DNA of 64,000 nucleotides from Desulfatiglandales bacterium (GCA_963666345.1 OY762721.1:3840001-3904000), one strand, 5' to 3'. Positions 1 through 10,684 are shown, counted from the first letter of the stretch. A program made the numbers and translations. The notes: a model not told the origin generated them from the letters alone.

Positions 1-393
1 AAAACCAATACTTACACCCGCTTCTTCCGCCTTCTTATAAATTTCCTGCCCGCATTCGGCAAGGAGAGCCTTGTTGGCGGTGACCACGTGTTTACCTTTG
101 TCCATCGCCTCAAGGATAAACTCCTTTGCCTTTGTAAGACCGCCTACAAGCTCAACCACCACATGGATATCAGGATCATTTATGATATCCATGGCGTCCC
201 GGGTCAGCATACTCTTTTCTACCGGAATCCCCCTGTCGGTTACAATGTCGAGGTCGGCGATTTTCTTGACCGCCACTTCGGCACCAACCCGGTTGGCTAT
301 GACATCCCGGTTGGAAAAAAGGACCTCGCAGGTGCCTGCGCCTACCGTTCCAAACCCGATTATCCCAATGTTTATCTTTTCCATCACTTCCAT
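1..393 (-). CDS. hom: Homoserine dehydrogenase, N-terminal part (runs off the window edge)
   Basis: Manual translation MEVMEKINIGIIGFGTVGAG...IHVVVELVGG...GKHVVTANKALLA: Rossmann GxGxxG and the HVVTANKA motif. Alternative start at 384. Confidence 0.93.
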   Translation of the reverse strand, partial: MEVMEKINIGIIGFGTVGAGTCEVLFSNRDVIANRVGAEVAVKKIADLDIVTDRGIPVEKSMLTRDAMDIINDPDIHVVVELVGGLTKAKEFILEAMDKGKHVVTANKALLAECGQEIYKKAEEAGVSIGF

Positions 394-495
394 CCCGGTG
401 AGGTTCAAAAAATCTTGAATTAAAATTTATCAGGCCTCTTCATATCCGTTTAACAGGGGGATCATGAGAGTCGCTGTGCAGCAGACAGGAGGCCT

Positions 496-1668
496 TCAAC
501 CCTGCATTATCTGTCTTATACCTCTTACTGCCTGGTTTATGCGGTGATGGTTTTCCACGAGTGCGAAACGGACATATTCATCTCCGTACTCTCCGAAACC
601 CTTTCCAGGGGATACGGCAACCTTTGCCTCTTTTATCATCATCTCAGAGAAGGCTATCGACCCCATTTTCCTGAACTGCTCGGGCAATTTGGCCCATACG
701 AACATGGTCCCCTTCGGCTTCTCCACCTCCCAGCCGACCCGGTTCAACCCGTTCACCAGGGCATCACGCCTCTCCCTGTAGACGTCCACTATCTCGTTGA
801 CGCAATTATCCGGACCGTTGAGAGCAATGATCGCTGCTATCTGTATAGGTTGAAACATGCCGTAGTCAAGATAGCTTTTTATCCTTCTCAGGGCTGCCAC
901 CATCTCCGGATTACCCACGCAGAATCCGACACGCCATCCGGCCATGGAATAGCTTTTTGTGAGACTGTATGTCTCGACTCCAATGTCCTTTGCCCCGGGT
1001 ATCTCAAGAAAACTGGGGGGCTTGTACCCGTCGAATACCAGATCCGCGTATGCAAAGTCGTGAATGACCATCATATTATGCTCTTTGCAGAAGTCCACTA
1101 TCTTTTCAAAGAACTCCCTTTCCACCACCTCTGTCGTGGGGTTATGCGGATAGGATACGATAAGCATCTTTGGACTGGGCCAGGTCTGTTTGGTTGCGTT
1201 CAGCAGGTCTTCAAAAAAATCCCTGTCAGGGCCTATGGGAATGCTTCTCAGATCACCTCCTGCTATAATCACAGAATAGGGGTGAATAGGATATGTGGGG
1301 TTGGGTGCAAACACCACATCTCCCGGGCTGATGGTTGCCAGTACCAGGTGGGCAAGACCTTCTTTTGATCCGATAGTCACTATAGCTTCGTCATCCGGGT
1401 CAAGATCCACGTCAAAACGCCTTTTGTACCAGCTGCATATGGCTTGACGAAGCTTGGTTATCCCCTTGGAAGCGGAATAACGATGATTCTGACCCTTCCG
1501 GGCGGCTTCAACGAGTTTTTCAACTATATGTTTGGGGGTAGGGATGTCGGGGTTACCCATTCCCAGATCTATTATATCCTCGCCTCTGTGCCTTGCCTCC
1601 ATCTTGATTTTATCCACGGCGGCAAAGACATAGCGGGGGAGCCTGTCCATCCTTCTGAATTCATGCAT
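496..1668 (-). CDS. alaC: PLP-dependent class I/II aminotransferase (AlaC/YfdZ-like)
   Basis: [35 protein letters not shown] (PLP lysine); lies upstream of hom. Confidence 0.8.
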   Translation of the reverse strand: MHEFRRMDRLPRYVFAAVDKIKMEARHRGEDIIDLGMGNPDIPTPKHIVEKLVEAARKGQNHRYSASKGITKLRQAICSWYKRRFDVDLDPDDEAIVTIGSKEGLAHLVLATISPGDVVFAPNPTYPIHPYSVIIAGGDLRSIPIGPDRDFFEDLLNATKQTWPSPKMLIVSYPHNPTTEVVEREFFEKIVDFCKEHNMMVIHDFAYADLVFDGYKPPSFLEIPGAKDIGVETYSLTKSYSMAGWRVGFCVGNPEMVAALRRIKSYLDYGMFQPIQIAAIIALNGPDNCVNEIVDVYRERRDALVNGLNRVGWEVEKPKGTMFVWAKLPEQFRKMGSIAFSEMMIKEAKVAVSPGKGFGEYGDEYVRFALVENHHRINQAVRGIRQIMQG

Positions 1669-1851
1669 AGCGTCCTAACTCCTTGACATAATATTAAGGC
1701 CACGTGCCTTGTGTCTTAATGATTTTTTCCCTTTGTAACGAAACAAGGCCGATATTATAACGGCCTTAACCCAATAACGACTTTGTTTGAGTTTCGTACA
1801 CTATACCAGAGCAGAGAAAAAATCAAAAACTAAGTGAGGTATGGGGGCCGC

Positions 1852-2259
1852 TCATAAATTATCAGGTATGACGGACCTGGTTATCTTTTCCATTTCTGAA
1901 ATAACCGAGGCATCCTGTCTTGAAGGGGCAACCCTCTTTTTATATTCCAGTACCACGATTTCGGCTACGATATCATTGAACCTGAGAGTGCCGCGCTCCC
2001 TTTCAGCCTTTTCCCCGGCCTTCGAAAGGATTTCGACTATCTCCTCTTCCTTGTGCTGTATCCTTGTCGTGAGGGCCTTTAGATAAAGCTCCTGTTTACT
2101 AAGTCCGGGATTGGCCTTTTTGACCGTGTTAAAGGCCATCAACTGCTGCTTTGCTATCATTTTCGCAAAGGCATGAGGATTTTTCGGGGAAGACTTCACG
2201 CCCAGTATTATGAGACAAAGCACTACCGCCGAGATAATGACAACTACGATGCTAATCAT
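1852..2259 (-). CDS. Hypothetical protein with N-terminal membrane anchor
   Basis: 135-aa ORF with a hydrophobic N-terminus; overlaps the upstream ORF by 8 bp. Confidence 0.6.
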   Translation of the reverse strand: MISIVVVIISAVVLCLIILGVKSSPKNPHAFAKMIAKQQLMAFNTVKKANPGLSKQELYLKALTTRIQHKEEEIVEILSKAGEKAERERGTLRFNDIVAEIVVLEYKKRVAPSRQDASVISEMEKITRSVIPDNL

Positions 2260-2662
2260 CCTTTTTTTCTTCTACCTCTTTTTGCATCTTGAAATCGTCA
2301 AGTCCGTCCCTCCAGCTGAGCATTGAGGAATCGCATTCCAGACCCGGTGTGGAAGGCGGAATGTATGGTGGTTTCTTTTCTAAAAAGGGGTCGAGGGCGT
2401 GTCCCTTCATAAAACCCCATTTCCACCTGGCGAATCTCAAAACCTGAAGCAGCAGATAGGGTCCGAATACAAAAAAATAGAATATCCACATGTTGCCCCT
2501 GAGAAGGGCGCGAAGCGAGTCATATCCCTCTACAAGGGATTCATTCCTGGGCATTTCGCCGAAAATCGCCAGAATGAGTATGAACGTGGTGGGAATAATC
2601 ACCGCCCCAAAGGAGATGGCGCAGATGAATATCAACGATTCGTTTGCAAGTTTCTTTTTCAT
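2252..2662 (-). CDS. Hypothetical membrane protein (2 predicted TM segments)
   Basis: 136-aa ORF with two hydrophobic stretches and an AAGGG-type RBS. Confidence 0.55.
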   Translation of the reverse strand: MKKKLANESLIFICAISFGAVIIPTTFILILAIFGEMPRNESLVEGYDSLRALLRGNMWIFYFFVFGPYLLLQVLRFARWKWGFMKGHALDPFLEKKPPYIPPSTPGLECDSSMLSWRDGLDDFKMQKEVEEKKDD

Positions 2663-2754
2663 GTCCCTTTTTCCTATTTTTATCCGGACTAGTCAACTTT
2701 TTTGGATGAATCTGACCTGTCGGGTATATAATCCTGTATGTAAAAATGTCTGTC

Positions 2755-3060
2755 GCTCCGGCACCGGCAATTTTTCTCCGGCCTTCTCTATACCTTACGG
2801 AAAGGTGTCCGCATCCCCGGGCTTTTGCAGGCGTTACCTTGGCTGACAGGGCACCCGGGAAAGAAAGCCTGTCTGCGGCCACTATTGCTTCCTGTGGTAT
2901 TTTTTTGTGAGAGAAGACCGGAAAAAGTGCCCCGGCACCTGCGCTCGTTAGTGAGGCAGGCAGAGATATTAAAAAAACGGTCGGTTGGCTTTTCCCGCAT
3001 TTCACGTCTTTCTCTCCCACTTATAACCGGTAACGAATAACGGTGTCCGATCAGGTGGCG
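2755..3060. repeat. Intergenic structured repeat, copy 1 (blocks A-B-C)
   Basis: 2755-2940 aligns closely with 8378-8565; 3022-3055 (tataaccggtaacgaataac...gatcagg) matches 8337-8370; imperfect inverted arms at 2764-2789 and 2909-2935. Confidence 0.85.
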
Positions 3061-3173
3061 GTCTTGACACTCAGCCCCCTTTTTTCTATGCTCACCTGAT
3101 CTGTCAATCGATCCAGAAACCGTGAAATTTGAGCAGAGGACGGAATAAACCCAATAGCAGGGAAAGATGTTTT

Positions 3174-3578
3174 ATGGGAAGAAATGAAGGTGGTTTCGAT
3201 TTTCTGCAGGATCACTCTATGCGCTATCTGGAAATGGCACTCAGGACCGACAGGTGCGAAAGGCCCGAAAATGCCGATGGATACGGCAAAAAGAAGGGGG
3301 AGTGCGGTGATACTGTGGAGATGTTTATCAGCATTAAAGACGCCCGCATAATTGCGATCAGCTTCATGACCGACGGGTGCATGAGCACAAATGCGTGTGC
3401 CAATACGGTCGCTCAGCTTGCTGAAGGCAGGGGCATGGAGGAGGCCTGGGAGATTACACCTGAAGATCTATCAGGGTATCTTGAGACACTGCCTCGGGAG
3501 AATTTCCATTGTGCCGAACTGGCCGTTGGGACCTTTTACATGGCCCTTGCCGATGCCGGCAGAAAATCGAATCCCTGA
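3174..3578 (+). CDS. NifU/IscU-type Fe-S scaffold domain protein
   Basis: ECGDTV, DGCMSTNAC and HCAELA carry the three conserved Cys of NifU_N. ATG at 3174 preferred over TTG at 3129. Confidence 0.85.
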   Translation: MGRNEGGFDFLQDHSMRYLEMALRTDRCERPENADGYGKKKGECGDTVEMFISIKDARIIAISFMTDGCMSTNACANTVAQLAEGRGMEEAWEITPEDLSGYLETLPRENFHCAELAVGTFYMALADAGRKSNP

Positions 3579-3649
3579 TGCATGGAACCCGCCATGGGAA
3601 AAAGCCGAATCGGCTTTTCTTTTTTTAATCCATAAACGAGGCCGGCCTT

Positions 3650-4783
3650 ATGGCGGACGATATCTACCGAAGATTGGCATTATACCTTGACAGCCTTCCG
3701 GGTGGATTTCCATCTACTGAAAGCGGTGTGGAAATACGTATACTGCAAAGACTTTTCAGCCCCATGGAAGCGGACCTTGCGATGCATTTGACCCTTATAC
3801 CGGAGGAATCCAAGGTTATCGCCGCAAGGGCCGGCATGACTGTTGAAGAGGCCGAAAAACGGCTGGAGCAGATGGCCTTGAAGGGACTGCTTTTCAGGAT
3901 AGAGCTGAAAAGACGGCCGCCCCTTTATATGTCCGCCCAGTATGTTATCGGTATATGGGAATATCACCTGAACGACCTTGACCCACAGCTTATAAGGGAT
4001 ATGAATGAATATATACCGACCCTGTTTGATCTTAAGGCATGGAAAAAGGCCCCTCAGCTGCGAACCATACCTGTCAATAAAAGCCTGACCGTCCGGCAGG
4101 ACATTATGCACTATGAAGATGCAAGAGAGCTTGTTACCTCCAAAAGGAAGATCATTGTCGCACCCTGTATCTGCAGGCGGGAGCACAAGATGATAGGTGA
4201 AGGATGCGGAAAAGAGGATGAGACATGCCTTGTATTTGGATTGGGTGCCGAATATTATCACAAAAACGGCCTGGGACGCTTCATAGACAGCACTGAGGCC
4301 CTTGAGATACTTGAAAAGGCCGATAAGGAGGCCCTGGTTCTTCAGCCCAGTAACGCAAAGAAGATCGTCAATATCTGCTGCTGTTGCGGTTGCTGCTGTC
4401 AGGTTTTAAGGAGTTTCAAACGATACCCGAGACCATCCGATCTGGTGTCATCTCCCTTCAGGGCGGAACTCAAGACGGCTGACTGCGAGGGGTGCGGGGT
4501 CTGTGTCGAACGCTGTCAGATGGATGCATTGAGGCTTGAACAAGGCGTGGCGGTCCTTGACGGCGACAGGTGTATAGGCTGTGGCCTCTGCGTCACTACC
4601 TGTCCTACCGGCGCATTAAAGCTGGTGCGTAAGCCTGAGAAGGATCAGCCCAGGGTCCCCGGAAATATGACGGAGGCCTATATAAGGCTTGGAAAGGCCA
4701 GGGGAAAAATGAGCAACACGAGCCTTGTTAAGATGCAGCTTAAATCAAAACTCGACAGGCTTATGGCATCAGGTAAAAAATAA
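3650..4783 (+). CDS. 4Fe-4S ferredoxin-domain protein with N-terminal wHTH-like region
   Basis: CICR, CCCCGCCC and two CxxCxxCxxxC motifs (CEGCGVCVERC, CIGCGLCVTTCP). Confidence 0.85.
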   Translation: MADDIYRRLALYLDSLPGGFPSTESGVEIRILQRLFSPMEADLAMHLTLIPEESKVIAARAGMTVEEAEKRLEQMALKGLLFRIELKRRPPLYMSAQYVIGIWEYHLNDLDPQLIRDMNEYIPTLFDLKAWKKAPQLRTIPVNKSLTVRQDIMHYEDARELVTSKRKIIVAPCICRREHKMIGEGCGKEDETCLVFGLGAEYYHKNGLGRFIDSTEALEILEKADKEALVLQPSNAKKIVNICCCCGCCCQVLRSFKRYPRPSDLVSSPFRAELKTADCEGCGVCVERCQMDALRLEQGVAVLDGDRCIGCGLCVTTCPTGALKLVRKPEKDQPRVPGNMTEAYIRLGKARGKMSNTSLVKMQLKSKLDRLMASGKK

Positions 4784-4806
4784 TTATTTTGAGAAAGGTT
4801 TATGTT

Positions 4807-5940
4807 TTGACTCCTGTTTCCATCGTTAGGTGTAAAAGTTATGATCCTGATGCGGTCGATGAGGCGGTGCGCCGGGCAACCGAACTGCTGGGAGGTATAT
4901 CCAGATATGTAAAAAAGGGGGACAGGGTGCTCTTAAAGCCTAATCTGCTTTCCGCGCGCAAGCCTGAGAAGAGAGTGACTACCGATCCTGAAGTAGTTCG
5001 TGCCGTGGCCATGATGGTAATTGAGGCGGGCGGAAAACCTTTTATCGGAGACAGCCCCGGCATAGATTCGTTCAAGCGGGTTGCCGTAAAATCAGGTATG
5101 GCAGGGGTAGCGGAAAGACTTTCGATTGAATGTGTGGAATTGAGAGATCCAAGGCCTGTGGGCGCGATTGAAGGGGCTGAGTTCAAAAATCTGGAGATAG
5201 CTTCCCAGGCGCTTGAGGCCGATGTGGTTATCAATCTTCCCAAGCTTAAGGCCCACTGCCAGATGGGTCTCACCCTGGGCGTCAAGAACCTCTTCGGTAC
5301 CATAGTGGCGCAGAGAAAGGCTGAATGGCACCACATGGCAGGTGTTGACAGGGACATCTTCGCCTCACTTCTGCTGGACATCTACAGGGGCGTCGGTCCT
5401 TCCCTGACAATAGTCGACGGTGTTTGGGGGATGGAGGGAAACGGACCTTCAAACGGAATCCCCCGGAAACTCGATATGATTGCGGCATCAGAGGACTGTG
5501 TGGCTCTTGATATGGCCGTATGCAGTATACTGAGGGTGCCTTTATCTTCATTTCCTCTGTACAGGGCTGCCAGAAAAAGGGGTATCGGTGAGACCAACCT
5601 TCAGGGAATAGAATTCAGAGGGGATTCGCCTGATTCTCTTTCCGTCAAAGATTTCATCGTCCCGGAGCTGGATTCATTGAACCTGCTGCCTGGCGGGTTT
5701 GACTGGTTTACCAAGCGTTTTCTCGTTTCAAAACCTGTTCAGGATGATGGAAGGTGCGTAAGGTGCGGGCAGTGCGCCGAGATCTGTCCGGTTGATGCGA
5801 TAGAGGTGGGTGAAAAACATTTCCACATGGATTACGACAGGTGCATTCGCTGTTACTGCTGCCAGGAGATATGCCCGCAAGATGCCATCAGGTTCAGAAA
5901 AGGGCTCCTGGTGAGGTTCCTGAACCGCATAAGTCGTTGA
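4807..5940 (+). CDS. DUF362 domain protein with C-terminal 2x[4Fe-4S] ferredoxin
   Basis: VLLKPN, VTTDP, INLPKLKAH, TLGVKN, MEGNGP, plus CVRCGQCAEICP and CIRCYCCQEICP. Start uncertain (4789 or 4807). Confidence 0.85.
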   Translation: MTPVSIVRCKSYDPDAVDEAVRRATELLGGISRYVKKGDRVLLKPNLLSARKPEKRVTTDPEVVRAVAMMVIEAGGKPFIGDSPGIDSFKRVAVKSGMAGVAERLSIECVELRDPRPVGAIEGAEFKNLEIASQALEADVVINLPKLKAHCQMGLTLGVKNLFGTIVAQRKAEWHHMAGVDRDIFASLLLDIYRGVGPSLTIVDGVWGMEGNGPSNGIPRKLDMIAASEDCVALDMAVCSILRVPLSSFPLYRAARKRGIGETNLQGIEFRGDSPDSLSVKDFIVPELDSLNLLPGGFDWFTKRFLVSKPVQDDGRCVRCGQCAEICPVDAIEVGEKHFHMDYDRCIRCYCCQEICPQDAIRFRKGLLVRFLNRISR

Positions 5941-6024
5941 CGTTGATCGGAGGCAAGGTCCGAACATATTAGCCAGGTGGGTATTCAGGCGCTGCACGCT
6001 TTAACCTGATTTCGTGAGCCGTTT

Positions 6025-7215
6025 TTATCCCAACCAATCCCTTTTAAGCCTGGAAAACCCGCCTTGCCTGATTGCGCTTCGGATGTCTTTCATGAGGGCT
6101 TCAACAAAGTAATGATTATGGATGGCGGCGAGCCTTGGAGCCAGCAGCTCTTTTGCCATGAAAAGATGCCTGAGATATGCCTTTGTATAGTTCATGCAGG
6201 TGTAACAGGCGCAACCCTCTTCTATGGGCGAGAGGTCCTCTCTGAAAGCCGAGTTCAAGATGTTTATCCTGAACCGTTTTGATCTCCTGTTGAAGAGTGT
6301 GCCGATACGTGCCATAAGAGAAGGCGTTATGCAGTCAAACATATCGATCCCCCTTTCAACCACCTCGAATATGTCCTCAATCTCTCCGATACCGAGCAGG
6401 TGCCTCGGCTTTTCAGGGTCAAGATTCGGCAGGGTCCAGTCAAGGATCCTATGCATATCCTCTTTGGATTTTCCCAGTGAACCCCCTATGGCGTAGCCGT
6501 CGAAACCCAGGCTCGAGATGAAGGTGCTGCTCTTTTCCCTGAGATCCCTGTAGGGACCTCCCTGGACAATTCCGAAAAGGGACTGCGAAGGGGCCGAAAG
6601 CTCATCGAATTTTTCAAGCGAGCGAAGCGCCCATCGATGGGTACGATTCAGGGCGGACAGGGTGTGTCCGTAGCTGTGGAGAGGTGAGGTGCATTCGTCC
6701 AGCACCAGGATGATGTCGGCTCCCAGCCTGGTTTCTATCTCTATTACATGCTCAGGCGTAAAAAAATGAACTGATCCGTCCAGATAGGAGCGAAATTCCA
6801 CTCCATCTTCTCCCACTTTTACCAGGGGGCCTTTACCCTCAATGGACCTCTGTTTGAGTCCTGTTTGTTCCGGAAAAACAGATGCGATCTTGCCCACACC
6901 CTGTTCCCTTCCGGCGCCCAGACTGAAAATCTGAAATCCGCCGGAATCCGTCATAAGAGGACCTTTCCATCTCATAAAGGGGTGAAGACCGCCCATCCGC
7001 TCGATCAATCCCTCTCCCGGCCTGAGGTGCAGATGGTAGGTGTTTGCTATTATCACCCTGGTCCCCGTCAGTTCGAGATCAGCGGGGCAAAGACCCCTTA
7101 CTGCACCCAGCGTCCCCACGGCAACATATGACGGCGTGTCGATTATTCCATGGGGTGTTATTATCTTGCCGGCCCTTGCCCTGCTTTCCGTGGAAAGGAT
7201 CCTGAATGAACTCAT
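6025..7215 (-). CDS. tgt: tRNA-guanine(34) transglycosylase
   Basis: ANTYHL, TDSGGFQ, LDEC, GIVQGG, HLLGIG, DMFDC and the zinc site CACYTC...IHN. Confidence 0.95.
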   Translation of the reverse strand: MSSFRILSTESRARAGKIITPHGIIDTPSYVAVGTLGAVRGLCPADLELTGTRVIIANTYHLHLRPGEGLIERMGGLHPFMRWKGPLMTDSGGFQIFSLGAGREQGVGKIASVFPEQTGLKQRSIEGKGPLVKVGEDGVEFRSYLDGSVHFFTPEHVIEIETRLGADIILVLDECTSPLHSYGHTLSALNRTHRWALRSLEKFDELSAPSQSLFGIVQGGPYRDLREKSSTFISSLGFDGYAIGGSLGKSKEDMHRILDWTLPNLDPEKPRHLLGIGEIEDIFEVVERGIDMFDCITPSLMARIGTLFNRRSKRFRINILNSAFREDLSPIEEGCACYTCMNYTKAYLRHLFMAKELLAPRLAAIHNHYFVEALMKDIRSAIRQGGFSRLKRDWLG

Positions 7216-8177
7216 CAGTAGAAAACGCCTATGGTCCTGTGGTACGGTTTTATCCTGTAGTCATCGGTCTGCCCGAGATTCCATAAAATCCAGTCTATGT
7301 CAAATGCTTTCAATCTTGTCCCTCTCTGCTTCAGCCGTCTCATTATCAACTCTGAAGCCCATATGGTGTTTGCCCTTATCTCGACTTCTTCCCGGCTTCC
7401 CGGCTCCAGTAGAATCATATGTTCAACCTTCCTGGCAAGTTCGGGGGAGTATGCCAGGATATCCAGATGCCTGAGTACCTGGGGAAGTTTGTAGTCGGCA
7501 AAGACCGTGAGGCTGTCGATGTCGGTAAACCTGCCCCATTTTTTCCCCTTGAAGGCGCCGCATATATCGGCTGAGATGATCTGGGCTCTCTTGTAAAAAA
7601 AGACCCGCCTGTGTTTAAAAATCGCCTCATCGCGATAAGAGAAAAGCTCTTTTGCAAGGTTCCTGGCAAGACAAAGCGCGGAGTTTCCAGCTTCCTCGAC
7701 AATCCCTGCGGCCCTGCCCTGATACTTCTTAAGGAGAAGGAGCCCGAGTTCATTCAGCGCTCCCACTCTTTCGTCAAGGAGTTGAAGCCGGCCTTCAGTG
7801 CCGAATATCTTTTGTAACCCTTGTGTGTCAAGAGAAGTGAGAAATTCCGCATCGTCCATAGGTACGCCCGATTCCATCGCATTTTTCAGCGCTGCTGCAA
7901 GGGCGTTGTAACCTGAAAGGTTTTTCCCTCCATATCTGAAGGTCCATGGTTTTTGATCCGGGCCGGGCCAGAAGCAGAAGTTGATTGTGTCAAGCGCCAG
8001 GAGGTAGGCAACGGTTTTCTCCGAGCCGTCATAGAAGTGATGCCTGTAATCCCATGGAGGTGCTTTAAGTGAGCCGGAATCAAGCCTTTTAACGAATCTA
8101 TCCAGCGCCTTTATGTTTATACGGACCAGGCTTCCATTTTCGGCAACAAATTCGGCTGATTCCAGGACTTCCTGCAT
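7215..8177 (-). CDS. Queuosine salvage protein (DUF2419 / Qng1-like queuosine-nucleotide N-glycosylase)
   Basis: LDTINFCFW, FYKRAQI, FADYKLPQVL, EVEIRA, DWILW and C-terminal PYHRT...FY; stop overlaps the tgt start by 1 bp. Confidence 0.88.
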   Translation of the reverse strand: MQEVLESAEFVAENGSLVRINIKALDRFVKRLDSGSLKAPPWDYRHHFYDGSEKTVAYLLALDTINFCFWPGPDQKPWTFRYGGKNLSGYNALAAALKNAMESGVPMDDAEFLTSLDTQGLQKIFGTEGRLQLLDERVGALNELGLLLLKKYQGRAAGIVEEAGNSALCLARNLAKELFSYRDEAIFKHRRVFFYKRAQIISADICGAFKGKKWGRFTDIDSLTVFADYKLPQVLRHLDILAYSPELARKVEHMILLEPGSREEVEIRANTIWASELIMRRLKQRGTRLKAFDIDWILWNLGQTDDYRIKPYHRTIGVFY

Positions 8178-8264
8178 GGTTTAGGAGTCTTTCCCTCCTT
8201 TATTTTTTATCAAATCACAATCATTTTTATAACATTTTTGGCTGGATAGGGAAAGAAGAGACCC

Positions 8265-8610
8265 CTCCGGCACCTCCGTTTGTGTGTAAACAAACAGGGG
8301 CTTTCAAGGACGGGCAGGGATGTCCCGGTTTTTCCGTATAACCAGTAACGAATAACTCTGCCGGATCAGGCAGTTACCGCTCCGTCACCGGCACTTTTTC
8401 CCCGGTCTTCTCTATTCCTTACGGAAAAGTAGCCGCATCCCCGGGCTTTTGCAGACGTTACCTTGGCTGATATGGCACCGTGGAACAAAGCCCTGTCTGC
8501 GGCCACTGCTACTTCCTGTGGTATTTTTTTGTGAGATAAGACCGGGGAAAAAATCCCGGCACCTCCGTTTGTACTTTAACAGCCGGTTTTGCAGGAAAAT
8601 GGGCAGGGAA
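8265..8610. repeat. Intergenic structured repeat, copy 2 (blocks B-C-A-B)
   Basis: 17-bp direct repeat ccggcacctccgtttgt at 8267 and 8556; core similar to 2755-2940; inverted arms at 8388-8413 and 8533-8559. Confidence 0.85.
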
Positions 8611-8635
8611 TACCTGCCCATTGGAGATATGAGGC

Positions 8636-10645
8636 CTAGGATCGGGAAATCATTGACATGGCCTTTTCTGCGACATTTTCAGCTGTCAGGCCGAACTCCT
8701 TGTAGAGCCTTTTATAAGGGGCGGAGGCCCCGAAGTGGTCGATTCCCACAACTTCGCCCTTTTGTCCGACATAGCGGTGCCATCCCTGAGTCACTCCGGC
8801 TTCAACGGCGATTCGATTTTCCACCTGAGGGGGCAGGACCTCATCCTTGTATGAGTCAGGCTGGGCATCAAAAAGTTCCCATGACGGCATGCTTACGACA
8901 CGGACCGCCACGCCTTTTTCCTCCAGCCTTCCGGAGGCCTCGAGTGCGATTTGTATTTCCGAGCCTGTGGAAAGGATTATCAGCTCCGGTGTCTTTTTAT
9001 CGGCCTGTTTAAGTATGTAGGCGCCTTTTGAAAGGGCCGCCGACGGCCCGAAGACCTGCCGGTCAAGCACGGGAAGGCCCTGACGAGTCAGTGCAAGCGC
9101 GACCGGCCCGTCTGAATGGTTTAAGGCGAAACGCCAGGCCTGAGCGGTTTCATTCGCATCACAAGGCCTTATGACCGTCAGATTGGGTATGGCCCTGAGA
9201 CTGGCGAGCTGTTCCACCGGCTGGTGGGTAGGGCCGTCTTCTCCAAGCCCTATACTGTCATGGGTGAATACATATATCGCCTTGAGTTTCATAAGGGCTG
9301 CGAGTCTTATTGCGGGCCTCATATATTCGGAAAAAATCAGAAACGTCCCCCCGTAAGGTATGATCCCCCCGTGAAGGGACATGCCGTTCATAACCGATCC
9401 CATGCCATGCTCTCTGACGCCGAATCGCAGGTTTCGTCCTGAATAGTCCGGAGCCTGAAAATCTTTTTCGCCATTTATCACAGTCTTGTTTGACGGGGCA
9501 AGGTCTGCGGATCCGCCAAAGAGATTGGGGATGTCTTTTGCAAATGAATTAAGGATTTTGCCGGAGGCGGCCCTTGTGGCAATGCCTTTTTCATCTGCCG
9601 GAAAATCAGGTATGCTTTGTTCCCAATCCTTTGGAAACTCTCCCTTGATCCATCTTTTCCACTGTTCGGCAAGTTCGGGATAGGTCTCTTTATAGCTGTG
9701 AAAAAGAGAGATCCACTCAGTTTCAAGCCCGGTTCCTTTCTCAACGGCCCGGCGGAAATGGGTCTCCGCCTCTTGCGGTATTTCAAACGGCTTTTCAGAG
9801 GGCCAACCCAGTTTCTGTTTGGTGATCCTTAGTTCTTCCTCCCCAAGGGGCTCACCGTGTGCCGAGGGTGTGTCCTGTTTGTTGGGGCTCCCGAAGCCGA
9901 TATGTGTCCTTACCGATATTAACGACGGCCTTGAAGTATCATCCTGAGCCGCAGCTATGGCTTTTTCGATCGCCTGCAGGTCGTTTCCGTCCTCAACCTG
10001 CTGCACATGCCAGCCATATGCCTCAAAACGCGCCAGCCTGTTCTCCGTAAAGGTTATGTGGGTGCTCCCTTCAATGGAGATCTCATTGTCGTCATAGAGA
10101 TAGATGAGTTTGCCAAGTTTCAGGTGGCCCGCAAGAGAGGCCGCCTCGTGAGACACACCCTCCATAAGGTCTCCGTCGCTTACGATCGCATAGGTAAAGT
10201 GGTTTACTATTTCATGGTTTTCCCGGTTAAAGCGGGCCGCAAGAAAACGTTCCGCAATCGCCATGCCCACTCCATTCGCAAAACCCTGACCCAGAGGCCC
10301 TGTGGTTGTTTCAACGCCCGGGGTAACATGGTATTCAGGGTGCCCGGGTGTAAGACTTTTCCACTGCCTGAAATTTTTGAGGTCATCCATGGAAAGTTCG
10401 TATCCGGTAAGATGGAGAAGGCTGTAGAGGAGCATGGATCCGTGGCCTGCTGAAAGGACGAAGCGATCCCTGTCGGGCCAGGCGGGGTTTTTGGGATTGT
10501 GTCGAAGAAACCTTGTCCAGAGGACATATGCCATGGGCGCGGCACCCATGGGCATTCCCGGATGACCCGATTTTGCGTTTTCAACGCCTTCTGCTGAAAG
10601 GATTCTTAATGTATTGACAGAAAGCTCATCCATATTCTTTTCCAT
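8636..10645 (-). CDS. tkt: Transketolase
   Basis: [47 protein letters not shown]. Confidence 0.97.
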   Translation of the reverse strand: MEKNMDELSVNTLRILSAEGVENAKSGHPGMPMGAAPMAYVLWTRFLRHNPKNPAWPDRDRFVLSAGHGSMLLYSLLHLTGYELSMDDLKNFRQWKSLTPGHPEYHVTPGVETTTGPLGQGFANGVGMAIAERFLAARFNRENHEIVNHFTYAIVSDGDLMEGVSHEAASLAGHLKLGKLIYLYDDNEISIEGSTHITFTENRLARFEAYGWHVQQVEDGNDLQAIEKAIAAAQDDTSRPSLISVRTHIGFGSPNKQDTPSAHGEPLGEEELRITKQKLGWPSEKPFEIPQEAETHFRRAVEKGTGLETEWISLFHSYKETYPELAEQWKRWIKGEFPKDWEQSIPDFPADEKGIATRAASGKILNSFAKDIPNLFGGSADLAPSNKTVINGEKDFQAPDYSGRNLRFGVREHGMGSVMNGMSLHGGIIPYGGTFLIFSEYMRPAIRLAALMKLKAIYVFTHDSIGLGEDGPTHQPVEQLASLRAIPNLTVIRPCDANETAQAWRFALNHSDGPVALALTRQGLPVLDRQVFGPSAALSKGAYILKQADKKTPELIILSTGSEIQIALEASGRLEEKGVAVRVVSMPSWELFDAQPDSYKDEVLPPQVENRIAVEAGVTQGWHRYVGQKGEVVGIDHFGASAPYKRLYKEFGLTAENVAEKAMSMISRS

Positions 10646-10684
10646 AATTGTGTCTATTGCTCCTTTTAAAGATTTTAGGGGTTA

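Noticed and set aside
2541..3040. ORFs over the repeat (2541-3020, 2788-3000, 2825-3040; also 8412-8621 and 8449-9012)
   Set aside because: Reading frames are not consistently preserved between the repeat copies; their similarity just reflects the non-coding repeat.
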